Source: Basidiobolus meristosporus CBS 931.73 (Eukaryota > Fungi > Basidiobolomycota). From it: a stretch of 48,739 nucleotides of DNA. The stretch is taken from assembly GCA_002104905.1 (NCBI GenBank), contig MCFE01000663.1:1-48739 (forward strand), given 5' to 3'. This document shows positions 1 to 11,061 of the stretch, piece after piece (within the stretch, counting starts at the first letter, position 1; each line of letters opens with the position of its first letter). A model generated the notes under the pieces. That model did no database searches. It worked only from the letters and a program-made list of their open reading frames with translations, and was not told where the DNA came from. Made by a program: the position numbers and the translations under genes.

Positions 1-819
1 CAATCCAAGTGTGTTCAAGATATACTAAAGAAGTATCAAATGGAAGATGGCAAACCAGCAGCTACCCCAATGGAGGCACACCTTAACTTGGTCAAAACTC
101 AACCAAATCAAGAGAGCCTTGTGGCATCTGAAAGTCCTGACTTTCCTTATCAATCTATGGTTAGCATTCTGATGTATATCATGCTTGGAACATGTCCAGA
201 TATCTCATTTTCAGTGGGAGTTGTCAGCCAGCACAATCAGAACTATGTATCTGATCATATTGCAGCAGTTAAGTGGATTTTTAGATATCTAAAAGGAACT
301 GCTGATATCTGCTTAAGATACACTTATAAGGATTTAGAACTGGATCTTGTGGGATACTCTGATGCAGATTGGGGACAAAATTTGGAAGACAGAAGATCAA
401 CTACAGGATATGCCTTTCTTTACTGTCAAGGAGCCATTTCATGGAATTCAAGAAAGCAACCAACCGTAGCACTTTCCACCACAGAGGCAGAGTATATGGC
501 AGCCTGTGAAGCTACAAAAGAAGCAATGTGGTTAAGAAAGCTTTTTACAGATTTAGGCCTATGTCAAAAAACACCTATTACTTTATTTCAAGATAATCAA
601 GGATGTATACAATTAGGTAGAAATCCAACTTTTCATGCCAGAACTAGGCACATAGATATTAGACATCATTTCATATGTGAAGCTATAGAGAATAACTTAG
701 TTAGCTTAGTTTACTGTCCTACAGATGAAATGATTGCAGACATATTTACCAAACCATTAGCTTGAGACAAGTTTGAATATCTTAGGTCAAAATTAGGACT
801 AGTCAGTATGAACATTTAG
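1..819 (+). pseudogene. copia pol (RT/RNase H) fragment with a premature stop
   Basis: TGA at 763-765 where the full-length copy has AGA; the family stop TAG is at 817-819. Confidence 0.9.
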
Positions 820-830
820 CTGAGTGGGAG

Positions 831-1162
831 TGTTGTAAAAGTTTGTAATTCCACCTAAATATTCACCTAACTTAGTCACTTAGATCATTGCCCTCAAATC
901 CTAGAGAATACTGACCAAATTCCTTGTTGGGATTTACTTAGAATATTTACCCAGAACATGAAAATTAGATAATTTGACCAAACAGCCCCAAACTTAGCAC
1001 ATATGTTCTTGGGACTTTTTGTAACCTATTCTATGTGTTTGTAATGCCAAGAACAGGTAAAAGTATAAATACTACTTTCACATTCAATAAATCATTAAGT
1101 GAAAACCACATAATCTACTTGTCCTCCAAATCACTTCCAATATCTCCAAGACTCTTACAACA
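831..1162 (+). repeat. copia 3' LTR, 332 bp subfamily with a ~17 bp internal deletion
   Basis: TGTTGTAA/TTACAACA inverted ends; aligns to the 349 bp LTR at 39994-40342 but lacks TCACCAAAATACCAGGT. Confidence 0.95.
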
Positions 1163-1490
1163 GTAAGAAGTTTGCAATTCCATCTAAAAACTCACATAAC
1201 TTAGTCACTTAGATTGTTACCTTCAAATCCTAGAGAATACTGACTAAAATCCTTGTTGGGATTTACTTCAAACATTTACCTGGAACATGAGAATTCTCAA
1301 AGTTGTCCAAACAGCCCCAAACTTTGCACACATGTTCTTGCAATCTTCCTTAACCTACTCTACATGTTTGTTATGCTGAGATCATGTGAAAGTATTAATG
1401 CTACTTTTACATTCAATAAATCATTAAGTGAAAACACATAATCTACCTGTTCTCCCAATCACTTCCAATATCTCCAAGACTCTTATAACA
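1163..1490 (+). repeat. Older copia LTR directly abutting the previous LTR and missing its first ~4 bp
   Basis: GTAAGAAGTTTGCAATTCC...CTCTTATAACA aligns along the family LTR and shares the same internal deletion as 831-1162. Confidence 0.9.
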
Positions 1491-2358
1491 TGTACAGGGT
1501 TTCAGGGTTTTTGAGTATCACTGAGATTTCTGTTGTTAGTGATGTTTGATATTTTGGTATATCATTGAAGGTCAACACCAACACAGAATTTGGACAAGAT
1601 ATTCTAGACCATGATAGAATTGACAAAAATGGAGGGCTTGGGCTTGTTTATGAAAATTAAAACAATTGACATATCATTTTTGGGAGGTTGCAGTTCCAAT
1701 AGATGTATTTCACCAACAAATATGGTGACTCTATTGACCAAGTCTTCATTAAATCTGCTGGGGAGATGCTTGCAGTTGGGAGTTCTTCTATCAGGTAAGC
1801 CATCTTCCCTGCTAAGCACAACTGTAAGTTGCCTTCTGATGTAAAGCATTCCCTGCACTTTTGGCTCTGGTTAAGTGATATCCAACTAACTAAATCTTAT
1901 GTAAATTATTGACAGTCAGGTAATAAGCCAAGTGCAGTCTAACATCCTATGAGTAGTTTGGGTGTAGCTAGATATTTGCAATACTAGAGAGTAACAGTTT
2001 GGGGCTTTTAGCCTCCGGTAAGAATCTTGACAACAATAGATGTGATCGGGAAAACTGGTGGATCAAGTTGTTTTCATTAAAATGATTGGATGGATGTAAA
2101 GTAGTATTCAAGCTGTAACATGGTCTTGTCAAAATAAACACCCACAATATACTTAGGAAGGCCCTAGAAGCATGCATGCAAGGTTTAGGGACCTTGCGCA
2201 ACTTGACAGATTTTCATGCTCTGGGTACCAGAGATTCTGGTAGAATATTCAGAGTACAGCGCAAGAAGGAATTTGGCCAAGATACTCCAAGATTCATAGA
2301 CTACGATCAAAGTGACCAAGTCAATGGAATATTTAGGTGTATAGTTGGGATTGCGGCA
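1491..2358 (-). mobile_element. Ancient degenerate copia 5' end (5' LTR ~2014-2358, decayed PBS ~2002-2013, gag remnant)
   Basis: The reverse complement aligns patchily over a whole LTR length. GGCTAAAAGCCCC sits where the PBS GGTTATGAGCCCC should be. Minus-strand peptides RAKSAGNA and DLVNRVTIFVGEI resemble RAKTAKNA and NLINRITLLVDEM of the intact gag. Confidence 0.75.
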
Positions 2359-2707
2359 AGGTATGCACCAAGGCATCAGTTTCACCAGGGAGCATGGCCC
2401 TTGCTCGAAATACCTAGGAAGCACCCAAACGTATGAATCCAGTATAGTGAGCCCAATGAGACGAAACTAGCTTCTCTATGCTGCGTATGGAGAATTCACC
2501 CCTCGGAATTGGTTAGTAGCCTCCAGCACAAGATAGCTAGATCCAGATAAAAGAGGGTCACTGAGTCCCGCATGATTAGTGGCTTATGCACTGATGATTA
2601 ATCCATCCATTCCCAACGCAACACCTTATGTAAGCGTGATTCAACCGCAGCCGTGAACGATCATCTTACCGGGTTGAGCGACCACGGGGGTCACATGATC
2701 CGAGGGT

Positions 2708-2812
2708 CGAATTTTCTGGCAAAAACTGGCACCTTCCAACCTGCGGACAGGTGGCATTCAGAAGCCAAAATAGGCGGGCGAAAATGGGTTCCTCAACGTT
2801 CCATTTTGTTCG
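2708..2812. promoter_or_regulatory. Candidate heat shock elements upstream of the Sis1 gene
   Basis: GAAttTTCtgGcA at 2709-2721, plus three GTTC units at exact 10 bp spacing (2788, 2798, 2808), matching a step-type HSE. Yeast SIS1 is an Hsf1 target. Confidence 0.45.
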
Positions 2813-2973
2813 GTGAAGTTTTGAGAGCGAGACTCGGGACTCGGGACTATTGGCTGTCGAGGGGGGGGGTACTTCAACCGAAGCCAGGAGAAGCCCAGTT
2901 CTTATCTATCTCCTCCACCTCCCTCTCCTGGTTTTCCAACCGCGCGTATTTCCACCGTCTCCGACACTCAGCA

Positions 2974-4123
2974 ATGGCGAAAGATTATTACGGCATATTA
3001 GGGGTCTCCAAATCGGACAACGACGAGACCATCAAGAAAGCCTACAGAAAACAAGGTACGTGGCACTAGTCCCTTTACTTGAGGTCGTCTAGGATATAGA
3101 CTGATATGTCTTTGTTTGCCAGCTTTGAAGTGGCATCCTGATAGAAACCCGGACCAAAAAGAGCTAGCCGACAAGAAGTTCAAGGAATTGGCTGAAGCGT
3201 ATGAAGTTTTAAGTGATAAGAACAAGCGAGCCATCTACGACCAGTATGGTGAAGATGGGTTGAAGGGTGGCTTTGGTGGGGGTGGTGGCAGTGAAGGTGG
3301 TTTCCCTGGTGGCTTTCCCGGGGGCTTTCAGAGCGCATTTGGGAACATGCCCGGCGGAGCCAGCTTTTCTTTTGGCGGCCCTGGGGGCTCGGGTGGCTTC
3401 CGACCATTTACTCCAAGCAACGCTGAAGATATATTCAAGCAATTCTTTGGGATGAATGGTATGGGTGGCATGGGCGGCATGGGCGCCAACTTTATGGATA
3501 CGGATAACGACGCTGGTTTTGGAGGGTTTGGTGGGGCCGGAGCTCGACCTGGCTTTCAACGCTCGGCCACCAAACCAGTGATCCAACGCTCACTTCCGGC
3601 CTCCTTGGAGGATCTCTATAAGGGAGCCACTAAGCGTCTCAAGGTGACCAAGCGCCTGTATGACGCTGCCTCGGGGTTGTATACCCCTACCGAGAAGATT
3701 CTGACCGTGAACATCAAGCCGGGATGGAAGGCGGGAACGAAGATTCGCTTTTCCAACGAGGGAGATGAACTCCCTACAGGGGGGGCTCAGGATATAGAGT
3801 TTATTTTGGAAGAGAAGCCCCATCCGACATTCAAGCGGGAGAGTGAGCACCTTGTCATGAACCTGGACATCGATATTGTCGAGGCCCTCACCGGATTCAC
3901 CAAGACAGTTCAGAGCTTGGATGGCCGCACGATCGCCATCACCAACCGCACACCGGTCACTTCCCCCGGCCAAGAGCTGAGAATCTCCGGGGAAGGCATG
4001 CCCATATCGAAGCAGCCCGGGCGCAAGGGCGATCTCGTTGTCCGGGTCAATGTGCGGTTCCCAGCAGCTTTGACCACCTCGCAGAAGGAGGCCATTAGAC
4101 GTACATTCGGCAACGGCTACTAG
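2974..4123 (+). CDS. SIS1: Type II Hsp40/DnaJ co-chaperone, Sis1-like, 360 aa; exons 2974-3055 and 3123-4123
   Basis: J domain [11 protein letters not shown]...ALKWHPDRN with HPD, G/F- and G/M-rich linker, C-terminal [10 protein letters not shown] and GEGMP motifs, no zinc finger. GT-AG intron 3056-3122 restores the frame. Confidence 0.95.
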
Positions 4124-4484
4124 AGGGCATCGGCATTCGAATAGAAATACCCGGAATTGAGTGACAGCATCCCACGACAGCCAACCCCACCACAATCCCC
4201 TTTCACGCTGTATACTAATCAACCCCACCATCCACCTTTGTAATATTTGAAAACGACAGCCAAGGCGCGAACATAATCTTAATAAACCGTATGAACGTAT
4301 GAAATGCATCTGACCTCATCTCCAGCCCAACAGCAAATATATCCATCCCTGACAACCCGTAACTAAGCCGTGCTGTGCCAAGAAACCCTGCCAATCAGCC
4401 GATCAATCATGAAGGCTTAGAGCCCCAGGCTCATAAATAGCCGAGGCATCCGCACAGCACTTGGAGAATCTGACAAGAACCGAT

Positions 4485-5353
4485 ATGGAGCAAACACCAG
4501 CCACTGTTCATCACAGAAGCCACCATGGCGATGATGCCAGCAACCTTTCCAATCCCAAGTCTTCTTATTTCCAGGATACAGGCGGGGTTTATTACCAACC
4601 CAGCACCAGCACCAGCACCAGCCAGCTGAATATGCCACACCAGGAGCCCTATGTGATTGAGAAGGGGAAGGATGCCAAGCAGGTGCGAAGATCCAGCCGC
4701 CTTTGCTGCTGCTGCCAAACACGAGCACAGCGCATAGGGTGCGGTGTCTTCTGGCTGCTTTTCCTGATAGGTCTTGCTATCGCCGCCTACTTCTGCTGGC
4801 CTAGAGGGATGCCCCAGGTAAGCTTCCAAAGGGCCACGCTGATCACCCCCATGGCGCAGATCACTCAGAACGCCATCCCTGCCCTCACTACCGGCGGGAG
4901 CGGGTCCCTCGGAATCGACATCGACCTTATCCTGATGGTGCACAACCCAAACCTTATCAGTATCAAGTTGAGCAACATCACAGCCACGGTAAGTAGGCCC
5001 AGAAATTGGTCAGAGTAACAGAGAAATTAACGAACCACCATCCACAGGGATACTATCAAATCAACGGGGTCACCGTTGACATCGGTAAAGGAGCCCTCAA
5101 CCAAAGTGTCACCTTCCCGGCCAAGGGAGACCTGACCTTCCCGCTGCCCTTCCATCTTCTCTACACGGCCAGCGACCCGAACAGCCAGGCGGCCTTGAAG
5201 GACCTGGTAACCAGGTGTGGTATTCTGGGTGGCCCTCGACAGCCGTTGAGTATGAGCTATGTGGCCCAATTGGATATTGCGCTGATTTCTTGGTTGGGTA
5301 TCAAGCCGACGATATCCAACAACATCTCGTTTGACTGCCCTCTCACCCCTTGA
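4485..5353 (+). CDS. Single-pass membrane protein with CCCC cluster and LEA_2-like beta domain, ~269 aa; exons 4485-4988 and 5048-5353
   Basis: Hydrophobic segment GVFWLLFLIGLAIAAYFCWPR followed by the HNPNLISIKLSNITATGYY pattern typical of LEA_2 domains. In-frame GTAAGT...CAG intron 4989-5047. An upstream exon cannot be excluded. Confidence 0.75.
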
Positions 5354-5674
5354 CCTTCGAAATAGACCCCGAATGACTCACACTGAGTCACCCAACCCGA
5401 ATCGGTCGTGATGTGACTTAGAATGCACACAGATAGCATACATTTACCATTGTTAGTATCAGCAAATAAATCGACACTAAATCGCAGATGATCCGATTTT
5501 CTTAAATAACCCACCGAGGAAGGCGGTTTTTTTTCACCATCCACCACCCACCTCCGGCCAGACTGAAATCAGGCTGGATGCTTCACGAACCGGTGCCATT
5601 CCTGCTCGATACAAAGATACCGTTTGAACCACACAAGGGAAAGGTCTTACTCCCTTATTGCTTGAACACCGACC

Positions 5675-7378
5675 ATGTCTCCCTTGGGCAGTCCTAAGTT
5701 CTTGCTCTTCCTTACGTTGACCCTCTTTGCTGGACAAGTGGTTTTGGGCTGTGTTACTACTTCTCTTGCGCTGGTTGCGGAGTCGTTTTATATTTTGAGT
5801 GTATCTATTTGTTTATATGTTACCTTGTACTCTAATAAGGTATTTTCATCTCCTCTACACCTTCCGTGGAAGCTGTACTAATCCCCTCCTCTTCCAAAGC
5901 TTGCCAAGCAACTCCCTCACTCGTCCCACTTCACCTACGGGTGGAAACGGGTGGAGCTATTAGGAACCCTTGTAAACGGGGTATTGCTGCTGGCCCTTAA
6001 TTTCGGCCTCTTCCTTGATGCACTTCGGCGTTGCTTTGAGATACCAGGTAAAGCCAGTTTAGTCGAGCATCGCCCACTTCCAAGCAATTAACCTGGTGGA
6101 CGCCTCAACTAGAGATAGAATTGCCGGGGCTGATCTTTGCTGCCGGTCTCGCCAGCCTAATTATTAACCTACTGGAACTCGTCGTCTCTCGAGGTAAAGC
6201 TATTCGTCGACTTTTATAGCTCTAGGGATAACTCAGCGAACGTCTTTTTTTACCGGGGTCGTTTAGAGAGCACCCTGATCCACCTTTACAATGTGGTCCG
6301 AGAGAACTCGAAGTATCTGGAGGCCTCGTCCGCACCCTTCGCCCCGCACCACGAAACCGGCGCCGGGTTCTGTTCGGCTTTAGAAACGGGTGGATGCTCT
6401 TACGATGAAACGGCGCAGTTGTTTTTGCCCCAGTTTCACTCATCAGATGAGCCCCTCTCTCTAGCAAGTGGGGCCTGTATGAATTCCCAGCCGAACTGCC
6501 GAAAGGGCCAGTTTTACCACTTTGTCAGCGCTACTTTCGGAAGCACCGTGCTTTTGATCGCTTCGGGGATCGCTTGGGCCACCGGCACTAAATGGGGCTT
6601 TATTGCTGATACAGTGGGCGGGTATAGTATTTCAACTACTCCTGATATCTGGGTTACATGTGGACTTAATGGTGTTGCGATAGGTTGGTGATCGCCACGT
6701 TTCATTCCTCGACCTTTATCCCCCTAGTGCGGAAAGCTTCCTACGTATTCATGCAAGGCTCACCGAACGCCATCCCGTTCGATCTAATCCGTAGTGGCAT
6801 CAACAAGGTAAGCCATTTCCAAAGAAACCACCGCCACTGAACCATCATCAACTCACCCGAATCCCCCAAAGATCCCTGGGGTTTTGTCGGTTCAGGAGTT
6901 CCACCTGTGGCAGCTACAAGATGCCACCACGGCGGCATCCATTCGGGTGAAGGTGATCAACGCCACCTCGTACTCGATCGTTGAACGCAATGTCCAGGAA
7001 ATCCTCGAGCGCTACGGCATCCACAGCTTCACCATTGAACCGGAATTCGTGAATAGTTACCGAGACGTTTTGGCTCGCACCGCCAATCAAGAAAAGGTGG
7101 AGATCCCTCGACCAGCCTCTGTAGATGACCTCACAGTTCTTGGAATCAAGCAGTATCACTCGATGTCTGGAAACGATGGGTATGAACGACCGGCCGTGCG
7201 GATCCCCGCGCCCATGGTGAAGACCAAATTCGGTCGGGACTCCATCATCAACTACTACCAGCGCCAGCAACAACACAGACTTGATCAACCTCACCTTTAT
7301 CCGTACTACCACGACTATAGAAAGCTCACCATCGTTGGGTCACCCCAGCCTCAGCGTACCAATAGCTCCTTCTTCTAA
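5675..7378 (+). CDS. Cation diffusion facilitator (Zrc1/Cot1/ZnT1-like) with non-canonical metal-binding residues; exons 5675-5839, 5900-6047, 6113-6193, 6267-6621, 6684-6807, 6872-7378
   Basis: Spliced product contains FTYGWKRVELLGTLVNGV, IPLVRKASYVFMQGSP, IPGVLSVQEFHLW and YGIHSFTIEPEF. All introns are GT-AG. The acceptor at 6266 is the least certain. Confidence 0.85.
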
Positions 7379-7661
7379 TCATAGACATCGAGAAAAATCG
7401 TTAATCGTAACCAATAAAATGAATGATCAACAGCAGATTTATTTGGTTGACGTTGAATTTGGGATATCCAGCCCGTCATGAGAGGGGATTCATTTACAAT
7501 CAGCTCCATCTGGATCGGAGGGTCAAACCGATGTGTCGGCCTTACTTTCCTCCAAGAGAATTCCTGTTCAGGGAGATGAAAAGCCAGCTTTTCGAGGTAG
7601 TAATACATTGGAATGTTGCGAGTTCCAGGGGGAGGGGGAGGGGAGGGGGAGCCAGAGAAGA

Positions 7662-7973
7662 CTACACCATCACTGCACCTCTCGACACCACCGGTGGTGC
7701 GGACAGCTTCAGGTAGTGTTCCAATCGAGTGGATAACTCGACCACGTTGGGTTGGGCCCGTCTCTGGGCCTTCCCGGATGGGGTGGGATTGAAAGGACGG
7801 CGATATTCGTTCCGCAAGCAGAACTCCTTCGCCTCCTCGATGCTGCGCTGGGTGCGCAGACGGCGGGGACCGGATTCTTTCGTGTGGGCGCTGCCCGGGC
7901 GGGACGACCGCGAAGAGAGGAGCTCGTAGTAGCGGTGTGCGTCTTGCAGGAAGTTGCTGCTGATCTGGGACAT
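7662..7973 (-). CDS. Hypothetical protein (MSQISSNFLQDAHRYYELL...), ~103 aa; true structure uncertain
   Basis: ATG in good context and a GC-rich open frame. No family recognised, and an overlapping minus frame (7375-8112) is also open. Confidence 0.35.
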   Translation of the reverse strand: MSQISSNFLQDAHRYYELLSSRSSRPGSAHTKESGPRRLRTQRSIEEAKEFCLRNEYRRPFNPTPSGKAQRRAQPNVVELSTRLEHYLKLSAPPVVSRGAVMV

Positions 7974-8339
7974 GATAGGTTCGGATGAGAGGGAGCACGA
8001 GCAGTAACGGGAGCGGGTTGCGAATGGATAGTGGAGCAGAAAAAATCGGTTGCGCTGGCTCGGAGGGAGGTTGGAAGCCATTTATACCGGGCGTCGTATG
8101 CGGTGTGGGCAAGGGGCGTTGGGGAGCGGGTGCATTGGATCCGTCGGGTGGAGAGGGGATGCATATCTCATGGGTACCACCACCCCTTCAGTCATCCCTT
8201 GGGTGAGACCAGGCAGGGAATTGAGCGAGTCACACGAGCGGAAATTGTTTTCATTCCATCAGCGTACCACCATTTAATTCTTCCCAAATCCGGCGGATCA
8301 AAACAATCCGCATCGAACCAAAGCACACCCTACCACATC

Positions 8340-8850
8340 CCATCTCCATCTCCATCCCCATTCCATTCCCATTCCCATCGTCATTCCCAGACAGGGCCCA
8401 CTTAGACGACCATTTATGCGTAGTCATTCAGACCCAGATTTATCATCGTATCTCGAGTCACATTCACACTCACACTCACACTCGCATCCGTATTCATTTT
8501 GGTATTCCTATTTGCATTCATATATGCGCATGTGCCTCTCCAAATACGGTCCCTGGGACCAAGCGGGTTTTAAAAATCAAAATTTACCGGTACCATTTAT
8601 TGAACACGAACACGAACCCGAACCCGAACCCGTCACGAAACTCCACCGTTCTCTACACAAAAAACATGGATGCACCCCACCCCCCTTCCCCTTTTCTCTC
8701 ACCCTCTGTCCCCACAAGATTGATCTAGATCCACCCTACAAGTGGGATCCGAATGTCGTGGCGTGCCAAGGTATGGGTGGAAAGGTGGGTGAGGGATGGA
8801 ATGGGAGGGGAGGGGAAAGAAAAGGGAAGGGAAAGGGAAAGGGAAAGGAG
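8340..8850. repeat. Cluster of degenerate simple repeats (CATTCC, CACACT, GAACCC/GAACAC, GGGAAA)
   Basis: Short tandem hexamer-like runs visible downstream of the BAR gene stop. Confidence 0.7.
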
Positions 8851-8896
8851 GATTGGGATTTGGTGAAGGCGAGCTTATTCGAAAGGGATCCGGGGC

Positions 8897-10266
8897 TTAT
8901 TCGTCCCGGCTGCTTCGGAAGGCGGTCTCCTGGGCCATCTGGATGTCGCTGATCTCTGGCGCCACGTCCGACAGCAGCTCGTACGCATCCTTGAAGAAGG
9001 TCAACTGGGCGGCCACGAAGTCGGCGAGGTTACGAAGTGGCTCCGGCTAGAATAGAGAGGGGGGGAAGGGTTCATTAACCATGGGTACGGTACGTGGGGA
9101 CCATCCAGGTAGGGGGACGTTCACTTACACTCTCCACCACCGCTTTCATGAGTTCCATTGCCTCCTCCACCGCGGCGACGAAGTGGTCCTCCGCCTGCTC
9201 TACTTCGCTTCGGAGCTATCCGAGTGACGTTCCCCTGGGTTAGTTCTGGTTGCAGAAGGCTCGGGCCAATCCTGAGAGTTCCTTACCTGGTTGATCTTGT
9301 CCGGCTTGGCGGTTTTAAGGGAGGCTTTGCAAGCGTCCAGCTTGACTCTAGCAGTTTGAACCTGACGGCGAGCGTTCTATGTGGAAGAGGTTTAGATCGG
9401 TGGGGGAAGGGGGTGAGCGTCAACTTGTGGAGGAACGTACCAAGGCAAACTGGATGGTAGAGTTGACGGTGGTGTTGAAGGGTTCGTAGAATTTCGTGGT
9501 GATCTGAGAATCCTGTGGAGCAGACGGGTTAGTACCTTCAGCAGACGGTAGGTCACCCGCAGACAAGGAATTACCATGACTCTTCTGGCGTCACCGATCT
9601 TCTCCTGGATGGTGGCATACTTGAACAAGGCTGAGCCTGAAGAGGGTCAGGCGAAGACGGGCTCGTTAGCTCCATTGCGGTCGGTTAGTTGGGAAAGGGT
9701 ACCTACCAAGTGGTTCCTGGATGCCGATCTCCTCAGCTCCCTCAGCAGCAACACGAGACAAACCATGGGCCAAGGTCTTTGGGGGTTGGTCTTCCTCACT
9801 GACCTGAGGGGTGGGTTCGCCGGTTCTCATACTGTTGACTCGCTGAACGACGTTGCGCGAGAAGCCCACCACGGAATCTTGCAACTGGGTGGGAAGATCG
9901 TAGCCATCTGTGCCGTAAACTTTGGTGATCTTGAGGAGGTTCAGGTGTAGATTACGGATAGCATCCACCCTCTACGGAAGCCATAAAACTAGTTAGCTGG
10001 GTTGGGAGCAGATCGTCCGAAGACAAGCAATAGAGTGGAGACCTTTTCCAACTCGAGATACTCGGCTGGGAGCTGGGTGACTTCGGCATTGCCAAGTTTC
10101 TCTTGGGCCATCTAAAACAGCACGGTTAAGAAGGAGGGCTATGTTGGGGGAGGAGGGGGTTTGCCTCGGGTTTGCCTGAACATACTTGTTTAGCTTGGCC
10201 TAAGCTTTGGGACACTTTGGCGGCCCATGGGTTGACCTTTTGTTTGAAAGTGAGTAGAGAATCCAT
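8897..10266 (-). CDS. GVP36: BAR-domain protein, Gvp36-like; 8 exons
   Basis: Spliced product MDSLLTFKQKVNPW...AKQMAQEKLGNAEVTQLPAEYLELEKRVDAI...PPKTLAHGLSRVA...ARVKLDACKA...EQAEDHFVAAVEEA...NLADFVAAQLTFF. Canonical introns; stop TAA at 8899-8897. Confidence 0.85.
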
Positions 10267-11061
10267 GGTTTCTTGAGGTATAAGAGTTGGTCGTAAAGAC
10301 TCCGGAAGTCGTACGAAAATGCCAGTCAATGTTATTTGTAATTGAAGAAATATCTGCCTCTTGGCGACCAATCACCACCTCGCCCATACGGATACAAGAA
10401 TCCGAGGTTCCCATTGGTGGTCGTGGGTTTATCAACCGGCTGATTGGATACTATCAGCGAAGATGGGCTCATGTCGACCAAAACATGATATTCATTTGGG
10501 AAACTCTTTGGGAAACTCTTGGATCGAGTGGTTCGGGACGTTTATTTGCTGTTCCGTATGCGCTGGACCGCTTAGCCTTGTGGAACCATCAAAAAGCTTA
10601 TTATACAGTGAGCCGTTGTTGCATAGATGCTGGGGGCTTTGATGATGATGCTCGTGTTGCCAGAAATGCTGTTGCCTCAGCAAAAGTCTCGGTGTACGTC
10701 GGAGAGAGTTTGACAATTACTGCACTGATTACCATATCTATGTGGGTTCCTTCATAGCAAGGCTGCTCGCTCACGGCTGTGGTATCTGGGGCATCCACTA
10801 AAGACAGCACCAGCAGAAACTATTCCCTCAAAAATACAAGTGGCTACCTCGAAGCCGCCCGAGCACGTACACTCCAATTCCTTTTTAACCACCGTCCCAT
10901 CACCTCGACGGCACAGAACACAACCGACATCATTTCCCCAGGTAGCGGGATGGATACTAACCGAAAAGCCCCAACCAGTGGTAGAAAGTTTGTAGATGGG
11001 ATCGGAAGCGAGTCAACTTCAGCTGTGATTTATTGAACGATTCGCATTCCTTCCCCCCAAC

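Larger units (their letters stand above)
1..1162 (+). mobile_element. Ty1/copia LTR retrotransposon, 3' part (RT C-terminus, RNase H, PPT, 3' LTR); continues beyond the left window edge
   Basis: ORF 40-765 has copia motifs [37 protein letters not shown] and ADIFTKPL. PPT GAGTGGGAG at 822-830 directly precedes an LTR TGTTGTAA...TTACAACA (831-1162). Closely similar to 43510-44678. Confidence 0.97.

Noticed and set aside
3590-4309. Long antisense ORFs over Sis1, the kinases, Prp4 and the RT
   Set aside because: Shadow frames of GC-rich coding sequence with no independent protein features.
8416-8952. 178 aa His/Ser- and Lys/Gly-repeat ORF
   Set aside because: Built from simple repeats and overlaps the BAR gene 3' end in antisense; no domain recognised.
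10287-10810. 156 aa plus-strand ORF and 69-74 aa minus-strand ORFs
   Set aside because: Non-ATG or weak starts, located in the BAR gene upstream region, with no recognisable motifs or consistent splice model.
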